The notes under the pieces were generated by a model that did no database searches, was not told the DNA's origin, and saw nothing but the letters and a program-made list of their open reading frames with translations. Below, in pieces: positions 35,161-44,133 of a stretch of DNA of 64,000 nucleotides. The stretch is from a virus (Duplodnaviria; Heunggongvirae; Uroviricota; Caudoviricetes). The DNA is taken from positions 29,489 to 93,488 of the IMG/VR virus record IMGVR_UViG_3300028914_000001; one strand, written 5' to 3'. Position numbers and translations under genes: made by a program. Each line of letters begins with the position of its first letter. The first letter of the stretch is position 1.

Positions 35161-36309
35161 TTAGTCAGAAAGCAGACGCTTGATTCTGTCACGAGCCCGC
35201 ATGAAGTTTTCATGGTAGGTTCCGTTCAGATAAACAACATCTTCTGTGCAGTAGTGCTTACCGAGAATGCTCATCAAGACCTGATACTGCTTCTTCCTAT
35301 CTTCGAAGCTGTTCGTGAGGCAATCCCTGCTTCCGTCCTGCACCCAGCTATCTTTTTTCGGAGGCATAACGAAGATGAGGTCGTATTTCAGGAACTTCGC
35401 ATTGGCTTCGATAAGCTTATAGTCGTCTTCGGTGATGGCATACCTGTCATCCATCGAGTAATACTTAGCGTACATGAGCGTTGTCATTGCGTCACTGTCA
35501 CAGATGTTGACCTTATGCCAACTTGCCGAGTTGACTCTGTACTGCTCGTTAAGAAAACGAAGGTAGTCATTAAAGGTCAGCTTGGTATCATCAGGCTGCG
35601 GTTCCTTTCCGTTTTGAGCGGCGATGTAAGTGTGACCGTATTCCTCGGTGTACCCAACATCGAAGTATCTGGCAAGGTCTTTCGTGAGCGTGGACTTGCC
35701 TTCCGATGCCGTACCGATAATCAGGACACGCTTGGCGAACTGAGCCTTGAACTCATGCCCAATGATTTCGTCCCAATACTTCATCGGTTCCTTGCGTATC
35801 TTTGTTGCAGAAATCTGATTGAGCTCTCTCGGCAACAGATACACATTGGGGCCTTTACTGACCAACGACATGATTGCCTGTCTGTACGACGGTTCGCCAG
35901 TAAAGACAGTCGTTTTCTGAAGCAATTTCGTACACTTTCGCTTGCTGACATCAGCATTGCCGTACACGATTTCAGCGAGCTTATCGCTGAGAGCTTCCAA
36001 CCATTCAGACCATTTGTCCATGTAACCTGCAATGCCGATATCGTTATCCTTCATCATGACGACGTGAACAAGCGGGTCGCCTTCAAACATCTTCTTGATG
36101 ATTTCATAGCGACGTTCAATCGGAAGACCGATTCTCGTACCACGGTCGCCATCAAGCCCGCAAACGGCAATGATTGCACCCTTAGAGCAGAGCTTCTTCG
36201 CTGCCATTACGAGGTCAAGATGACCTGTATGCATCGGGCTGAAAGACCCGAGGACAACCCCGTATTCACGAGGGCCACCGCTGATTTGGTTAATCACGTC
36301 GTCAAGCAT
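35161..36309 (-). CDS. nadR: NadR-like bifunctional NMN adenylyltransferase/ribosylnicotinamide kinase (no HTH)
   Basis: N-terminal GSFSPMHTGHLDLV (HxGH nucleotidyltransferase motif); C-terminal Walker A GTASEGKST; GGAGG RBS. Confidence 0.75.
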   Translation of the reverse strand: MLDDVINQISGGPREYGVVLGSFSPMHTGHLDLVMAAKKLCSKGAIIAVCGLDGDRGTRIGLPIERRYEIIKKMFEGDPLVHVVMMKDNDIGIAGYMDKWSEWLEALSDKLAEIVYGNADVSKRKCTKLLQKTTVFTGEPSYRQAIMSLVSKGPNVYLLPRELNQISATKIRKEPMKYWDEIIGHEFKAQFAKRVLIIGTASEGKSTLTKDLARYFDVGYTEEYGHTYIAAQNGKEPQPDDTKLTFNDYLRFLNEQYRVNSASWHKVNICDSDAMTTLMYAKYYSMDDRYAITEDDYKLIEANAKFLKYDLIFVMPPKKDSWVQDGSRDCLTNSFEDRKKQYQVLMSILGKHYCTEDVVYLNGTYHENFMRARDRIKRLLSD

Positions 36310-36990
36310 TTAAGCCTCCACAGTGTCTGTTTCAAGCTTCTTCTCGGTATGAGACCATTCGACCCAACCGTAGATGGTGTTGATAAACCAGCAAACATAC
36401 ATCGCCACCATTGCCCATTCGCCAATGAGTGCGAAAGTCACGATGGAAATGCCATCAAGCACAAACCAGAAGAACCACTGTTCACGGTAGCAAGTGATAA
36501 TGAGAATCTGAGCAATGACCGTGAAGCTTATGCTCAACGCATCCATGTACGGAACTGCACCGTCAAGAACAAACTTGTCGAACGTACCGAAGCCAACGGT
36601 AAGAACGATTGTCGCAATAATCGAAATAACCCATGCCTTAGGAGAGAGTCGCTTCGGAATAACGTGCGTTCTGTCCTTTTCGAGCTGCTTGTACCATGCG
36701 TACAAACCATACACCATCGTCACGTTGTAGAAGATATATTCGCCAAATTCAAGCCACAGGCGGCTTTCCCAACAGATGTACATATACATGAAGTTGAAAA
36801 CGAAACTCGGTGCGTAAGCCCAGATGTTCTTCTGTGCAAACATCACGGTTGAAATCGTTCCCAGGAGTGCCGTCAGCATGGCAAACCACATTGCGGTATG
36901 GCCATCAGGCATCATGATGGTGAAGATGATGGTGAAGATGATGAACGCTGTCATGTACAGCGCACGGAATTTATTTTTGATAAAAGACAT
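36310..36990 (-). CDS. pnuC: PnuC nicotinamide riboside transporter
   Basis: Seven predicted TM helices, aromatic-rich, PnuC-like size; abuts nadR; AAAGAAGGCAAT RBS. Confidence 0.7.
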   Translation of the reverse strand: MSFIKNKFRALYMTAFIIFTIIFTIMMPDGHTAMWFAMLTALLGTISTVMFAQKNIWAYAPSFVFNFMYMYICWESRLWLEFGEYIFYNVTMVYGLYAWYKQLEKDRTHVIPKRLSPKAWVISIIATIVLTVGFGTFDKFVLDGAVPYMDALSISFTVIAQILIITCYREQWFFWFVLDGISIVTFALIGEWAMVAMYVCWFINTIYGWVEWSHTEKKLETDTVEA

Positions 36991-37028
36991 ATTGCCTTCT
37001 TTGTTGATGGTTTTTGTTGTTTGTGAAA

Positions 37029-37057
37029 AATATACTAACTTCATTCCCCTCTGTCAA
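37029..37057 (-). promoter_or_regulatory. sigma70-type promoter with the -35 in a CCCC/GGGG hairpin
   Basis: TTGACA-N17-TATATT. Confidence 0.55.
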
Positions 37058-37073
37058 GGGGGTTGCTCGATTT

Positions 37074-37802
37074 TTAACCACCTGCGGGCCAGTCAACGTA
37101 GCACTTACCCTTATTTTTCTTCACATAGGAAATAATCATGCGCTGCATCTGCTTGTACTCCTTGTCACTGCACTCGTCGGTGTTCTGAATAATGACAGCA
37201 TCATTGTCAAGGATAAAGGACGCAAGGTCGCAGAAGTCCAAGTAAGAATTGCAGCTGTCATCTACGCTCAGAATAGACAAGTCTGCATTGGGCTCGGTAA
37301 TCTTGTCAATCGTCCTGAGCATGTAGCTCATAATGATAGACTGGAAGGATTCATGCCCATAGCATCCGTTCGAAGCCCAATATTTCGGCCCAATGTATGC
37401 ACCGTTTTTCTTGGACTCTACTTTTGTATTCTTGATGGTAAGAGTGATATTCCAGTGCTTCTTGAAGCTCTTCTTCATGTAAGCAATGAACTTGCGATAT
37501 GCAGCAACAATTTCATCATTGCGCTTGATTTCCTTAGCGGTAATGTTCAGGTAGCCCTTCTTTTTCTCAGACCACTTGCCACAAGTCAACTTGTCGCACC
37601 AGTATTTCATGATGATTAGGAAGCAGTAGCTAGCCTTTTCTTCAGGCAGCTTCCTTTCGATAAGCGTTCTCTCGCTAAAATCCATCTCACCGTCAATACA
37701 GACCTTGACGGGTTCCTTGTTGAATACGCTACCCCTCGGGATGACGATTGCGTGCATCGAGGAAGAGTTCGTCTCGAATGTTGATTCTCGTATCGTTTTC
37801 AT
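37074..37802 (-). CDS. FETNSSS-motif family protein A (242 aa), unknown function
   Basis: N-terminus MKTIRESTFETNSSSMHA is shared with three paralogs; AGGAGAATGGAA RBS. Confidence 0.6.
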   Translation of the reverse strand: MKTIRESTFETNSSSMHAIVIPRGSVFNKEPVKVCIDGEMDFSERTLIERKLPEEKASYCFLIIMKYWCDKLTCGKWSEKKKGYLNITAKEIKRNDEIVAAYRKFIAYMKKSFKKHWNITLTIKNTKVESKKNGAYIGPKYWASNGCYGHESFQSIIMSYMLRTIDKITEPNADLSILSVDDSCNSYLDFCDLASFILDNDAVIIQNTDECSDKEYKQMQRMIISYVKKNKGKCYVDWPAGG

Positions 37803-37811
37803 TCCATTCTC

Positions 37812-38321
37812 CTATCTGATAATCGTGATATTACCGAAATCCTTAGCGGGATTGAGTAAAAGTATGTTGTGGTGAGGACGGGTATTGTGTTCCTCGTCCT
37901 TGACAAGGTCGTCTATGATGACATAGTCGTAACCGTCGTACCTGCTCAGGTCGTTGTTGGCAAGCTGTTCCGCCACCAGATGAATCTTACCGAGTCCGTA
38001 TGCGGCCATCATGCCTGGGTGGAGGACTTCCTCCCTGTCGGATTCCTTCAACCATTCCCGGCTGATTGCGTAATCAACCGAGTCATTCTTAGTAAAGACA
38101 CAGCCACGGGGGAACCCGTACAATCCAAACCTGTCGAAGATGCTATCGACGACATCATCACGGATATCATCCTTGGTCTTCCATCCCCATGTGAACAAAT
38201 GCACGAACAGGGGTTTGTAACGGTCGATGAACCCCTTAATCTTCTCGCAGTTTTCCTGCATGAAGTTGAGCGATGTCAGGTCATCTACGACTGTATTTTC
38301 AATATCTAATACCAGCTGCAT
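37812..38321 (-). CDS. hypothetical protein, possibly HAD-like (169 aa)
   Basis: N-terminal LVLDIENTVVDD resembles a DxDxT motif; ACAAGGAATAAAG RBS. Confidence 0.45.
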   Translation of the reverse strand: MQLVLDIENTVVDDLTSLNFMQENCEKIKGFIDRYKPLFVHLFTWGWKTKDDIRDDVVDSIFDRFGLYGFPRGCVFTKNDSVDYAISREWLKESDREEVLHPGMMAAYGLGKIHLVAEQLANNDLSRYDGYDYVIIDDLVKDEEHNTRPHHNILLLNPAKDFGNITIIR

Positions 38322-38323
38322 CT

Positions 38324-38896
38324 TTATTCCTTGTTGTAATCTCTAACTTTCTTTACATAACTGGAAATGTCGAGTTCCTCGGGGTGGAGCTTGCCTTGAC
38401 TGAAATACTCGAACTTCAGTAGCGTGGCGATTTCCCTTGGTGCGTCCTTAACGACCTCGTCGTACGCTTCGGCACTATCAATCAATTTATTCATGGCACA
38501 CTCACGGCAGTACGGGCTAACCCATCCAGTCCTCACCATGGGCACATCAAGCTTTCCACAGACGATGCAGACATTCCGTGATATCGCACAGTAGGCTTCG
38601 AGGATTTCGAAGAGTTTGTCGCTCATGGCTGACGGGTAGATACGGAGTTCGCCGAACTTCTCCTTGATGTCGCAGAAGTAGAACTCATCTCTGGCTTCCT
38701 TCTTCCAGGTGTTTACCTCGTTCTGGATATCCTCGAACATCAGGATGCCAAACGCCTTCGCCCATCCTTCAGGTAGATGGTCCATACAGGTATAGCTGTA
38801 ATCGTATCCGTCAATTACCTTTCCCGTGAACGCATTCTTCGGGAGAAGTATCGGGTACTTCTCGATGAGAGCCTTATTTTCTTCCACCGTTCGCAT
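38324..38896 (-). CDS. hypothetical protein (190 aa)
   Basis: AAAGGGAAAGAAAG RBS. Confidence 0.55.
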   Translation of the reverse strand: MRTVEENKALIEKYPILLPKNAFTGKVIDGYDYSYTCMDHLPEGWAKAFGILMFEDIQNEVNTWKKEARDEFYFCDIKEKFGELRIYPSAMSDKLFEILEAYCAISRNVCIVCGKLDVPMVRTGWVSPYCRECAMNKLIDSAEAYDEVVKDAPREIATLLKFEYFSQGKLHPEELDISSYVKKVRDYNKE

Positions 38897-39251
38897 CTTT
38901 CTTTCCCTTTATGTTGACTTCGATACACATCTTCACATAGTCCTCAATAGAACGTATCTCGTACTTCTTGCCGTTGGTTTCAACGAGGGTGGAACCACCG
39001 TGGGAAATAGTGTCCAGAGCCTCGTACATGAACCATTCGGCGCCTTCCTTGCTTTCGTAGAGGAATGCCATTAGCCAGTCGATAATGCGGTTATCAACAA
39101 GTTGAACCGGGCCAAGATACATCGAGCGGGAATCCCCTCCAAGAGCCTTGTCCATATTCGAGTTAAACTGTTCAAGTTCCTTTTCCATGCTGTCACGGAG
39201 TTCTACCAGCCGTTTAAGCAAGTCAATGAGCAATTCTTCTGTGTTTGCCAT
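38874..39251 (-). CDS. hypothetical protein (125 aa)
   Basis: AAAGAGGTTTAT RBS followed by ATG (MANTEELL...). Confidence 0.5.
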   Translation of the reverse strand: MANTEELLIDLLKRLVELRDSMEKELEQFNSNMDKALGGDSRSMYLGPVQLVDNRIIDWLMAFLYESKEGAEWFMYEALDTISHGGSTLVETNGKKYEIRSIEDYVKMCIEVNIKGKKDANGGRK

Positions 39252-39270
39252 ATAAACCTCTTTTTTCCAA

Positions 39271-39299
39271 AATATACATACTTCTTTTGAGATTGTCAA
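39271..39299 (-). promoter_or_regulatory. sigma70-type promoter (divergent from the clpX promoter)
   Basis: TTGACA-N17-TATATT. Confidence 0.55.
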
Positions 39300-39332
39300 G
39301 GGAAATACCTAATTATTTTTTCCACCAACCCC

Positions 39333-39361
39333 TTGCCACCCTATAAAAAATATACTATATT
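39333..39361 (+). promoter_or_regulatory. sigma70-type promoter for clpX
   Basis: TTGCCA-N17-TATATT, then TAATTCAAAGC and an AAAGGAA RBS. Confidence 0.55.
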
Positions 39362-39384
39362 AATTCAAAGCAAAAGGAATTACC

Positions 39385-40644
39385 ATGCCAAGCAACAAAA
39401 GACCTACACAAAACGACACCCCGGTCTGCAGCTTCTGCGGACGCCCGATTGAAGAAAACACCCTTGCCGTACGTGGCATGTCCCCGATAGGAGCATTCAT
39501 CTGCTCTGATTGCGCCAAGCTCGCCAGCAACATTATGGATGCAAGAGCAGCACAGCAACAGCAGAATGGTCGCAAGAAAGAGATGCACCTCCCGTCTCCT
39601 CATAAAATTAAAGAACACCTTGACACGTTCGTCATCGGACAGGACAAGGCCAAGGAAGCCCTTTCCATTGCGGTGTACAACCATTACAAGAGACTGGAAT
39701 ACAACGAAATCCGCTCCGACGATGATGTGGAAATCGAGAAGTCCAATGTCCTCCTCGTAGGCCCGACGGGCTGTGGAAAGACGATGCTTGCAAGGGCTAT
39801 CGCAAAGATGCTCAATGTCCCGTTCGCAATCGCCGATGCGACCGTCCTGACCGAAGCTGGCTATGTGGGCGAAGATGTGGACAGCATCATTTCCCGCCTC
39901 CTCCAAGCGGCAAACATGGACGAGAAGGAAGCCGAGCACGGCATCATCTTCCTCGACGAAATCGACAAGATTGCAAGGAAGAGTGCCAACCCGTCCATTA
40001 CCAGGGACGTATCGGGCGAAGGAGTACAGCAGGGCCTGTTGAAGCTCCTCGAAGGAACTGAGGCCAAAATCAATCCGCAGGGTGGCAGAAAGCATCCCGA
40101 ACAGAAACTGATTACCATTGACACCAGGAACATCCTCTTCATCTGCGGGGGAGCTTTCGAGGGCCTTGACGAAATCATCTCCGAACGTACTGAAAAAGGC
40201 GGCATGGGATTCGGTGCAGCCATCCACACGAGGGAAAAGAAAAGCCTCAGCGAACTGTTCGATAAGTGCGAACCTGATGACCTCGTGAGGTTCGGACTCA
40301 TGCCGGAACTCGTCGGCAGACTTCCCGTCACCGTCGCTCTTGACGAACTCGACGAGGACGCCCTCCGCAGAATCCTGACCGAACCGAAGAATGCCATCAT
40401 CAAGCAGTACACCAAGCTGCTCGAACTCGACGGAATCAAACTTTCGTTCGACGAGGAAGCGCTCGGGGAAATCGCCCGCCTGACCATCGAACGCCATACT
40501 GGTGCCCGTGGTCTCCGTTCCATCGTCGAAGAGTTGCTCCACGACGCAATGTTCATGGGTCCCGACAGCAAGGACAAGGAACTCCGCATCACGCAGGATA
40601 TGGTCATGGAACACTTCCATATTCAGGAAAGAAAGGCTTCCTAG
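39385..40644 (+). CDS. clpX: ClpX ATP-dependent Clp protease ATP-binding subunit
   Basis: N-terminal C4 zinc finger (CSFCGR...CSDCAK), Walker A GPTGCGKT, Walker [10 protein letters not shown], full-length ClpX homology. Confidence 0.95.
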   Translation: MPSNKRPTQNDTPVCSFCGRPIEENTLAVRGMSPIGAFICSDCAKLASNIMDARAAQQQQNGRKKEMHLPSPHKIKEHLDTFVIGQDKAKEALSIAVYNHYKRLEYNEIRSDDDVEIEKSNVLLVGPTGCGKTMLARAIAKMLNVPFAIADATVLTEAGYVGEDVDSIISRLLQAANMDEKEAEHGIIFLDEIDKIARKSANPSITRDVSGEGVQQGLLKLLEGTEAKINPQGGRKHPEQKLITIDTRNILFICGGAFEGLDEIISERTEKGGMGFGAAIHTREKKSLSELFDKCEPDDLVRFGLMPELVGRLPVTVALDELDEDALRRILTEPKNAIIKQYTKLLELDGIKLSFDEEALGEIARLTIERHTGARGLRSIVEELLHDAMFMGPDSKDKELRITQDMVMEHFHIQERKAS

Positions 40645-40668
40645 CCATCTTTCCAACTGAATTGAAAT

Positions 40669-40700
40669 AGCCAGCGAGAACATCGCTGGCTTTCTTGTTA
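40669..40700. terminator. bidirectional rho-independent terminator
   Basis: AGCCAGCGA-gaaca-TCGCTGGCT hairpin followed by TTCTTGTTATTTCTT. Confidence 0.7.
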
Positions 40701-41135
40701 TTTCTTGTCCTTCTTATCTTCGATAATCCGAAGTACATTCCGTACCGACCGTATGACGGTATCGTCATTAACCATCTTCCTGATTATCTTCCGCAAGTCT
40801 TTCTCGTTATTGCACTTTACCACGTCGCAGTTTTCCAGTTTGAGCGGCTTGACATACGCTGGATAAAATTCGGTGTAGCTTATTGCGGCAAATTTATTAC
40901 GAACCGTAGAATTGGTCTTCGGGTTCTGATATTTGAGCAAGATATAATAGGATTCATCCTGCTCATCGCCATCAAAGAATAGTCTGGCCTCGTCCTCCGA
41001 AATAGGTTGAAGCATGACCGATGCAGTCCCTTCGGTAATACGGCAAACCTCGTTATTGAGACGGTCCAGTTCATCGTCCACCTTTTGGCTCGTCGGGGAC
41101 ATAATTTTTTCTAGGTCGAAATAATCGTTAGACAT
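40698..41135 (-). CDS. hypothetical protein (145 aa)
   Basis: GGGAGGGATAG RBS. Confidence 0.55.
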   Translation of the reverse strand: MSNDYFDLEKIMSPTSQKVDDELDRLNNEVCRITEGTASVMLQPISEDEARLFFDGDEQDESYYILLKYQNPKTNSTVRNKFAAISYTEFYPAYVKPLKLENCDVVKCNNEKDLRKIIRKMVNDDTVIRSVRNVLRIIEDKKDKK

Positions 41136-41504
41136 CTATCCCTCCCTGCGTATCACATCCTCGTAAGTCAAACATGGCTTGACCTTAGGGAGTAACGCCT
41201 TTTCCTTCATGCGGATAGTTTCCGACTTGTTCAGCTTGTTACGGAGGCGAACACACGACTGTCTCAGAGTCTTTATAGTCTTAGCATCCTTTTTTGCCTG
41301 GGCTTTGTTTCCTTTGGCCTCGTTCTGCAGCTTCGCAAGAGCAGCGGCATACTCCTCGTTCGTCATAGGACGGGCGTTCTGCTTCGTAAGCTGTTTGAGA
41401 ACCTTCTTGACATCGTCGTAACGGCACCAACGGCCATCGGAGTCATCTACGGCACGGATACCCATGTCGGTAATCTTCATCGAAAATCGTCTCAATTCAT
41501 TCAT
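41136..41504 (-). CDS. hypothetical basic protein (122 aa)
   Basis: TTGAGGTGCAAG RBS followed by ATG. Confidence 0.5.
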   Translation of the reverse strand: MNELRRFSMKITDMGIRAVDDSDGRWCRYDDVKKVLKQLTKQNARPMTNEEYAAALAKLQNEAKGNKAQAKKDAKTIKTLRQSCVRLRNKLNKSETIRMKEKALLPKVKPCLTYEDVIRREG

Positions 41505-41715
41505 CTTGCACCTCAATTTTATGGAGTTCGGCGTCGTATTCGTCCACGGTCAACTCTTTTGGTTTCAAGTGTTTAGCCTTCGCCAGCAAGGAAACGTGTA
41601 CCAGCATATTTCCATCTTTACACAGTACATAAGCCCAACTCGATTTCACTTTTCGAGTTTTCGCAACCGCCTGTCGTGCAAGCAATTTACCCAGTTCTGG
41701 AATGGAAGTCTTCAT
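41497..41715 (-). CDS. small hypothetical protein (72 aa)
   Basis: AGGAGGGAGT RBS. Confidence 0.5.
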   Translation of the reverse strand: MKTSIPELGKLLARQAVAKTRKVKSSWAYVLCKDGNMLVHVSLLAKAKHLKPKELTVDEYDAELHKIEVQDE

Positions 41716-41728
41716 ACTCCCTCCTAAG

Positions 41729-42139
41729 TTAATCCAAGTTAATTAAGTTAATGCAATCCACGATGAACTGACCGAAGTCGTCCTGAATCGCAGCAGCAAT
41801 GTTAGAGTCTAACCTTTTGGTTCCTGTGAGATATCCCCATCCACGCACGTCGAGGTCAATCTCGTCGCCGTCAGCCTTGAACCTAACCACGGCGGCACTC
41901 TGGGAGCCCAAGTACTCGGGATGCCCGAAAGACTTCTTCATAGGGGGTTCCTTACCCTCTAGGACTGCATTCATGGCATCTACAATAGCCTTGAAATGCT
42001 CATCGGCAGTACCCGTGAAGGCAGCGTCAGACATTGAACTGGTTGTACGGTTTCCGGCAGAATCCCAGATAGTATCTAGGCAAATCTGGTCGTTTTTAAA
42101 CGGGGATATAAAGTATTTTTTCCATTTGTATTCGTTCAT
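41729..42139 (-). CDS. hypothetical protein (136 aa), possibly translated from a leaderless mRNA
   Basis: The ATG lies about 7 nt after the -10 of promoter 42146-42174, with no SD. Confidence 0.5.
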   Translation of the reverse strand: MNEYKWKKYFISPFKNDQICLDTIWDSAGNRTTSSMSDAAFTGTADEHFKAIVDAMNAVLEGKEPPMKKSFGHPEYLGSQSAAVVRFKADGDEIDLDVRGWGYLTGTKRLDSNIAAAIQDDFGQFIVDCINLINLD

Positions 42140-42145
42140 AGTTAA

Positions 42146-42174
42146 AATATAGTTAAATTGTCCTGATTTGTCAA
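42146..42174 (-). promoter_or_regulatory. sigma70-type promoter
   Basis: TTGACA-N17-TATATT. Confidence 0.55.
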
Positions 42175-42175
42175 T

Positions 42176-42209
42176 TAAATAAAAGAATCGGGACTAAAAT
42201 GTCCCGATT
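42176..42209 (-). terminator. rho-independent terminator
   Basis: AATCGGGAC-taaaat-GTCCCGATT hairpin followed by TTTTATTTAA on the minus strand. Confidence 0.55.
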
Positions 42210-42229
42210 GTGTCCCGATTGTGTCCCGC
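42200..42229. repeat. tandem direct repeats TGTCCCGATTG x2 plus a partial third copy
   Basis: Overlaps the 3' arm of the terminator hairpin. Confidence 0.7.
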
Positions 42230-42365
42230 ATCACGGCGTCGGTGCGTACGTCACCGCCTTTGTTTTCAGCTTGTCCATAGGGTTTCAAGGCTTTGGGCCG
42301 CCACCTGCCGTTACGCATCCGTTCATTTAACTCCGCAAGTCCATCGTGCGGAGACGAGACAATCG

Positions 42366-42890
42366 TTATGGCTTCTCCTTGGAAGGAGGAGCGAAGATTT
42401 CATCTGATTTCTTCTCAAATTCACGAATCATGTAAGCAACGATGTTCCAGTCAGGTTCCAACAGGGATGATTCCAGTTCCTTAAACTTCGTTTTAATCCA
42501 CAGTCGCCAAGTAGCCAGTCGGCCATAGCCTTTAAACATATCATCAATCCACTTGTCGATATAAGCATCGTCCCATTCCTTGTAGTCACCAAGCAAGGAC
42601 GTACCCATCATTCCAACCGCAGACTGGGTATGGATGAACTCATACTTGTCCTTCGGAGGATACTTCTGGGTCACACAAGGAGAGTGTTCCGGGTCGTTAA
42701 CAACGCTTCTGAAAACGACGCCGAAAGCTTCCTTGTCATTTCCAGAGTAGATTTTCAATGCAATATCGGTTGGCGACGTACGTTTAAGTACGTAGCTCAA
42801 ATTACCAATAACGCATTCCTTGTAATCGCCAGCATGAGAAATTTCATCCTTGCTAGTAATTCGTTCCCACAATCTATCAATAAGGCTCAT
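42366..42890 (-). CDS. hypothetical protein (174 aa)
   Basis: ACGGAGATTGAAA RBS followed by ATG (MSLIDRL...). Confidence 0.55.
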   Translation of the reverse strand: MSLIDRLWERITSKDEISHAGDYKECVIGNLSYVLKRTSPTDIALKIYSGNDKEAFGVVFRSVVNDPEHSPCVTQKYPPKDKYEFIHTQSAVGMMGTSLLGDYKEWDDAYIDKWIDDMFKGYGRLATWRLWIKTKFKELESSLLEPDWNIVAYMIREFEKKSDEIFAPPSKEKP

Positions 42891-42908
42891 TTTCAATCTC
42901 CGTTGATT

Positions 42909-43388
42909 TTAACCATCGAACCACACAGCGTTTGCCTTCACATATATCTGACCATTCTCTTCAACCTCAGTAATGCCCGATTTATCGTAATCATAATCAC
43001 CTTCAGAGGTGAAATTGTCGGAAAGCTCCTTCATTTTAAGGTAACTGCAAGCAACATGTGATGTATTCAGATGATACATAAGAGATTCGAGCGGACCGTA
43101 ACCCTCTCCATACTTCACAGAAAGCTTGATAAATTCCACGACAAAGTCCTTAGGCAACTTGCCAATGCTTTCCGGCTCGTTCTTCATGAGGTAATCAGCA
43201 TAGTCATGTACGTCGACTATGTCATCCCTCTTATCCCACGGTCCGCTGCCACCCATCGGGTTACACAGAAGCCAAACCAAGTTCGGGTCACCTGCGACAA
43301 ACCTGTCCCATTTTTCCTTCGGCGTATACGTCAAGGCGTGTGCCGAAGACGAATTAGTTTCAAATACTGAATATCGTACTGTTTTCAT
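42909..43388 (-). CDS. FETNSSS-motif family protein B (159 aa)
   Basis: MKTVRYSVFETNSSSAHAL; TAGAGGAACTT RBS. Confidence 0.6.
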   Translation of the reverse strand: MKTVRYSVFETNSSSAHALTYTPKEKWDRFVAGDPNLVWLLCNPMGGSGPWDKRDDIVDVHDYADYLMKNEPESIGKLPKDFVVEFIKLSVKYGEGYGPLESLMYHLNTSHVACSYLKMKELSDNFTSEGDYDYDKSGITEVEENGQIYVKANAVWFDG

Positions 43389-43407
43389 AAGTTCCTCTAA
43401 TATACCA

Positions 43408-43445
43408 CAATATAACAAAAAAGCGGATGGCTGTCAACCATCCGC
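43408..43445 (-). terminator. terminator hairpin GCGGATGG-TTGACAG-CCATCCGC plus U-tract, with the -35 of the next promoter in its loop
   Basis: 8-bp stem followed by TTTTTTGTTATATT on the minus strand. Confidence 0.55.
43409..43437 (-). promoter_or_regulatory. sigma70-type promoter overlapping the terminator hairpin
   Basis: TTGACA-N17-TATATT. Confidence 0.5.
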
Positions 43446-43466
43446 AAGGCACGTAAAGAAAATTTA

Positions 43467-44063
43467 TTAGAACTTTACCGTCGGGGCCACATCAGCGCCA
43501 GTAACAGCGGAGAACGGCACCTTCGGGGTCACTCCGGCGAATCCCGCCACGAAGACACCGGGGAATGTTCTGACCTTGTTGTTAAGGTTGTTGACTGCCA
43601 CATTGAACTGGCGTCTGGACTCGGCGATACGGTTTTCGCATCCTTCAAGCTGAACACGCAGGTCACGGAAAGCGGCGTTAGCCTTCAAGTTCGGATAGTT
43701 TTCTGTAACCATCATGAGACGCTGCAATGCTCCACCGAGGCTGTTCTGTGCTTCCTGGAACTTCTTCATTGCACGTTCGTCACTGAGCATGCTTTCATCC
43801 ATCTTAATCACGCCACCCATACGGCTACGAGCCTCGATGACTTCGGTGAGCGTACTCTTCTCGAAGTTGGCTTCGCCCTTCACCGTTTCGACGATGTTCG
43901 GAATAAGGTCGTAACGACGCTGGTACTGGTTTTCGACGTTAGCCCAGCTCATCTGCACACCGTTTTCAAGAGTGCGAAGGGAGTTGAACTGGCCGATGAA
44001 AGCGCATCCGCTGATAAAGGCGAGCACGACAATGACGATAAGTACGAGTTTACCCGTAGACAT
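43467..44063 (-). CDS. lemA: LemA-family membrane protein
   Basis: N-terminal TM, then NSLRTLENGVQMSWANVENQYQRRYDLIPN, YPNLKAN and LEGCENRIAESRR blocks typical of LemA. Confidence 0.8.
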   Translation of the reverse strand: MSTGKLVLIVIVVLAFISGCAFIGQFNSLRTLENGVQMSWANVENQYQRRYDLIPNIVETVKGEANFEKSTLTEVIEARSRMGGVIKMDESMLSDERAMKKFQEAQNSLGGALQRLMMVTENYPNLKANAAFRDLRVQLEGCENRIAESRRQFNVAVNNLNNKVRTFPGVFVAGFAGVTPKVPFSAVTGADVAPTVKF

Positions 44064-44101
44064 TTTATACCTCTTTGGTTTAGATTGTTGGTTTTGTTGA
44101 A

Positions 44102-44130
44102 AATATAGCATTTAACTTGGTGCTTGTCAA
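44102..44130 (-). promoter_or_regulatory. sigma70-type promoter
   Basis: TTGACA-N17-TATATT. Confidence 0.55.
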
Positions 44131-44133
44131 GGG

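Noticed and set aside
42210-42484. Plus-strand ORFs 42210-42407 and 42293-42484
   Set aside because: They lie over terminator hairpins, tandem repeats and the 3' end of a minus-strand gene, and have no RBS.
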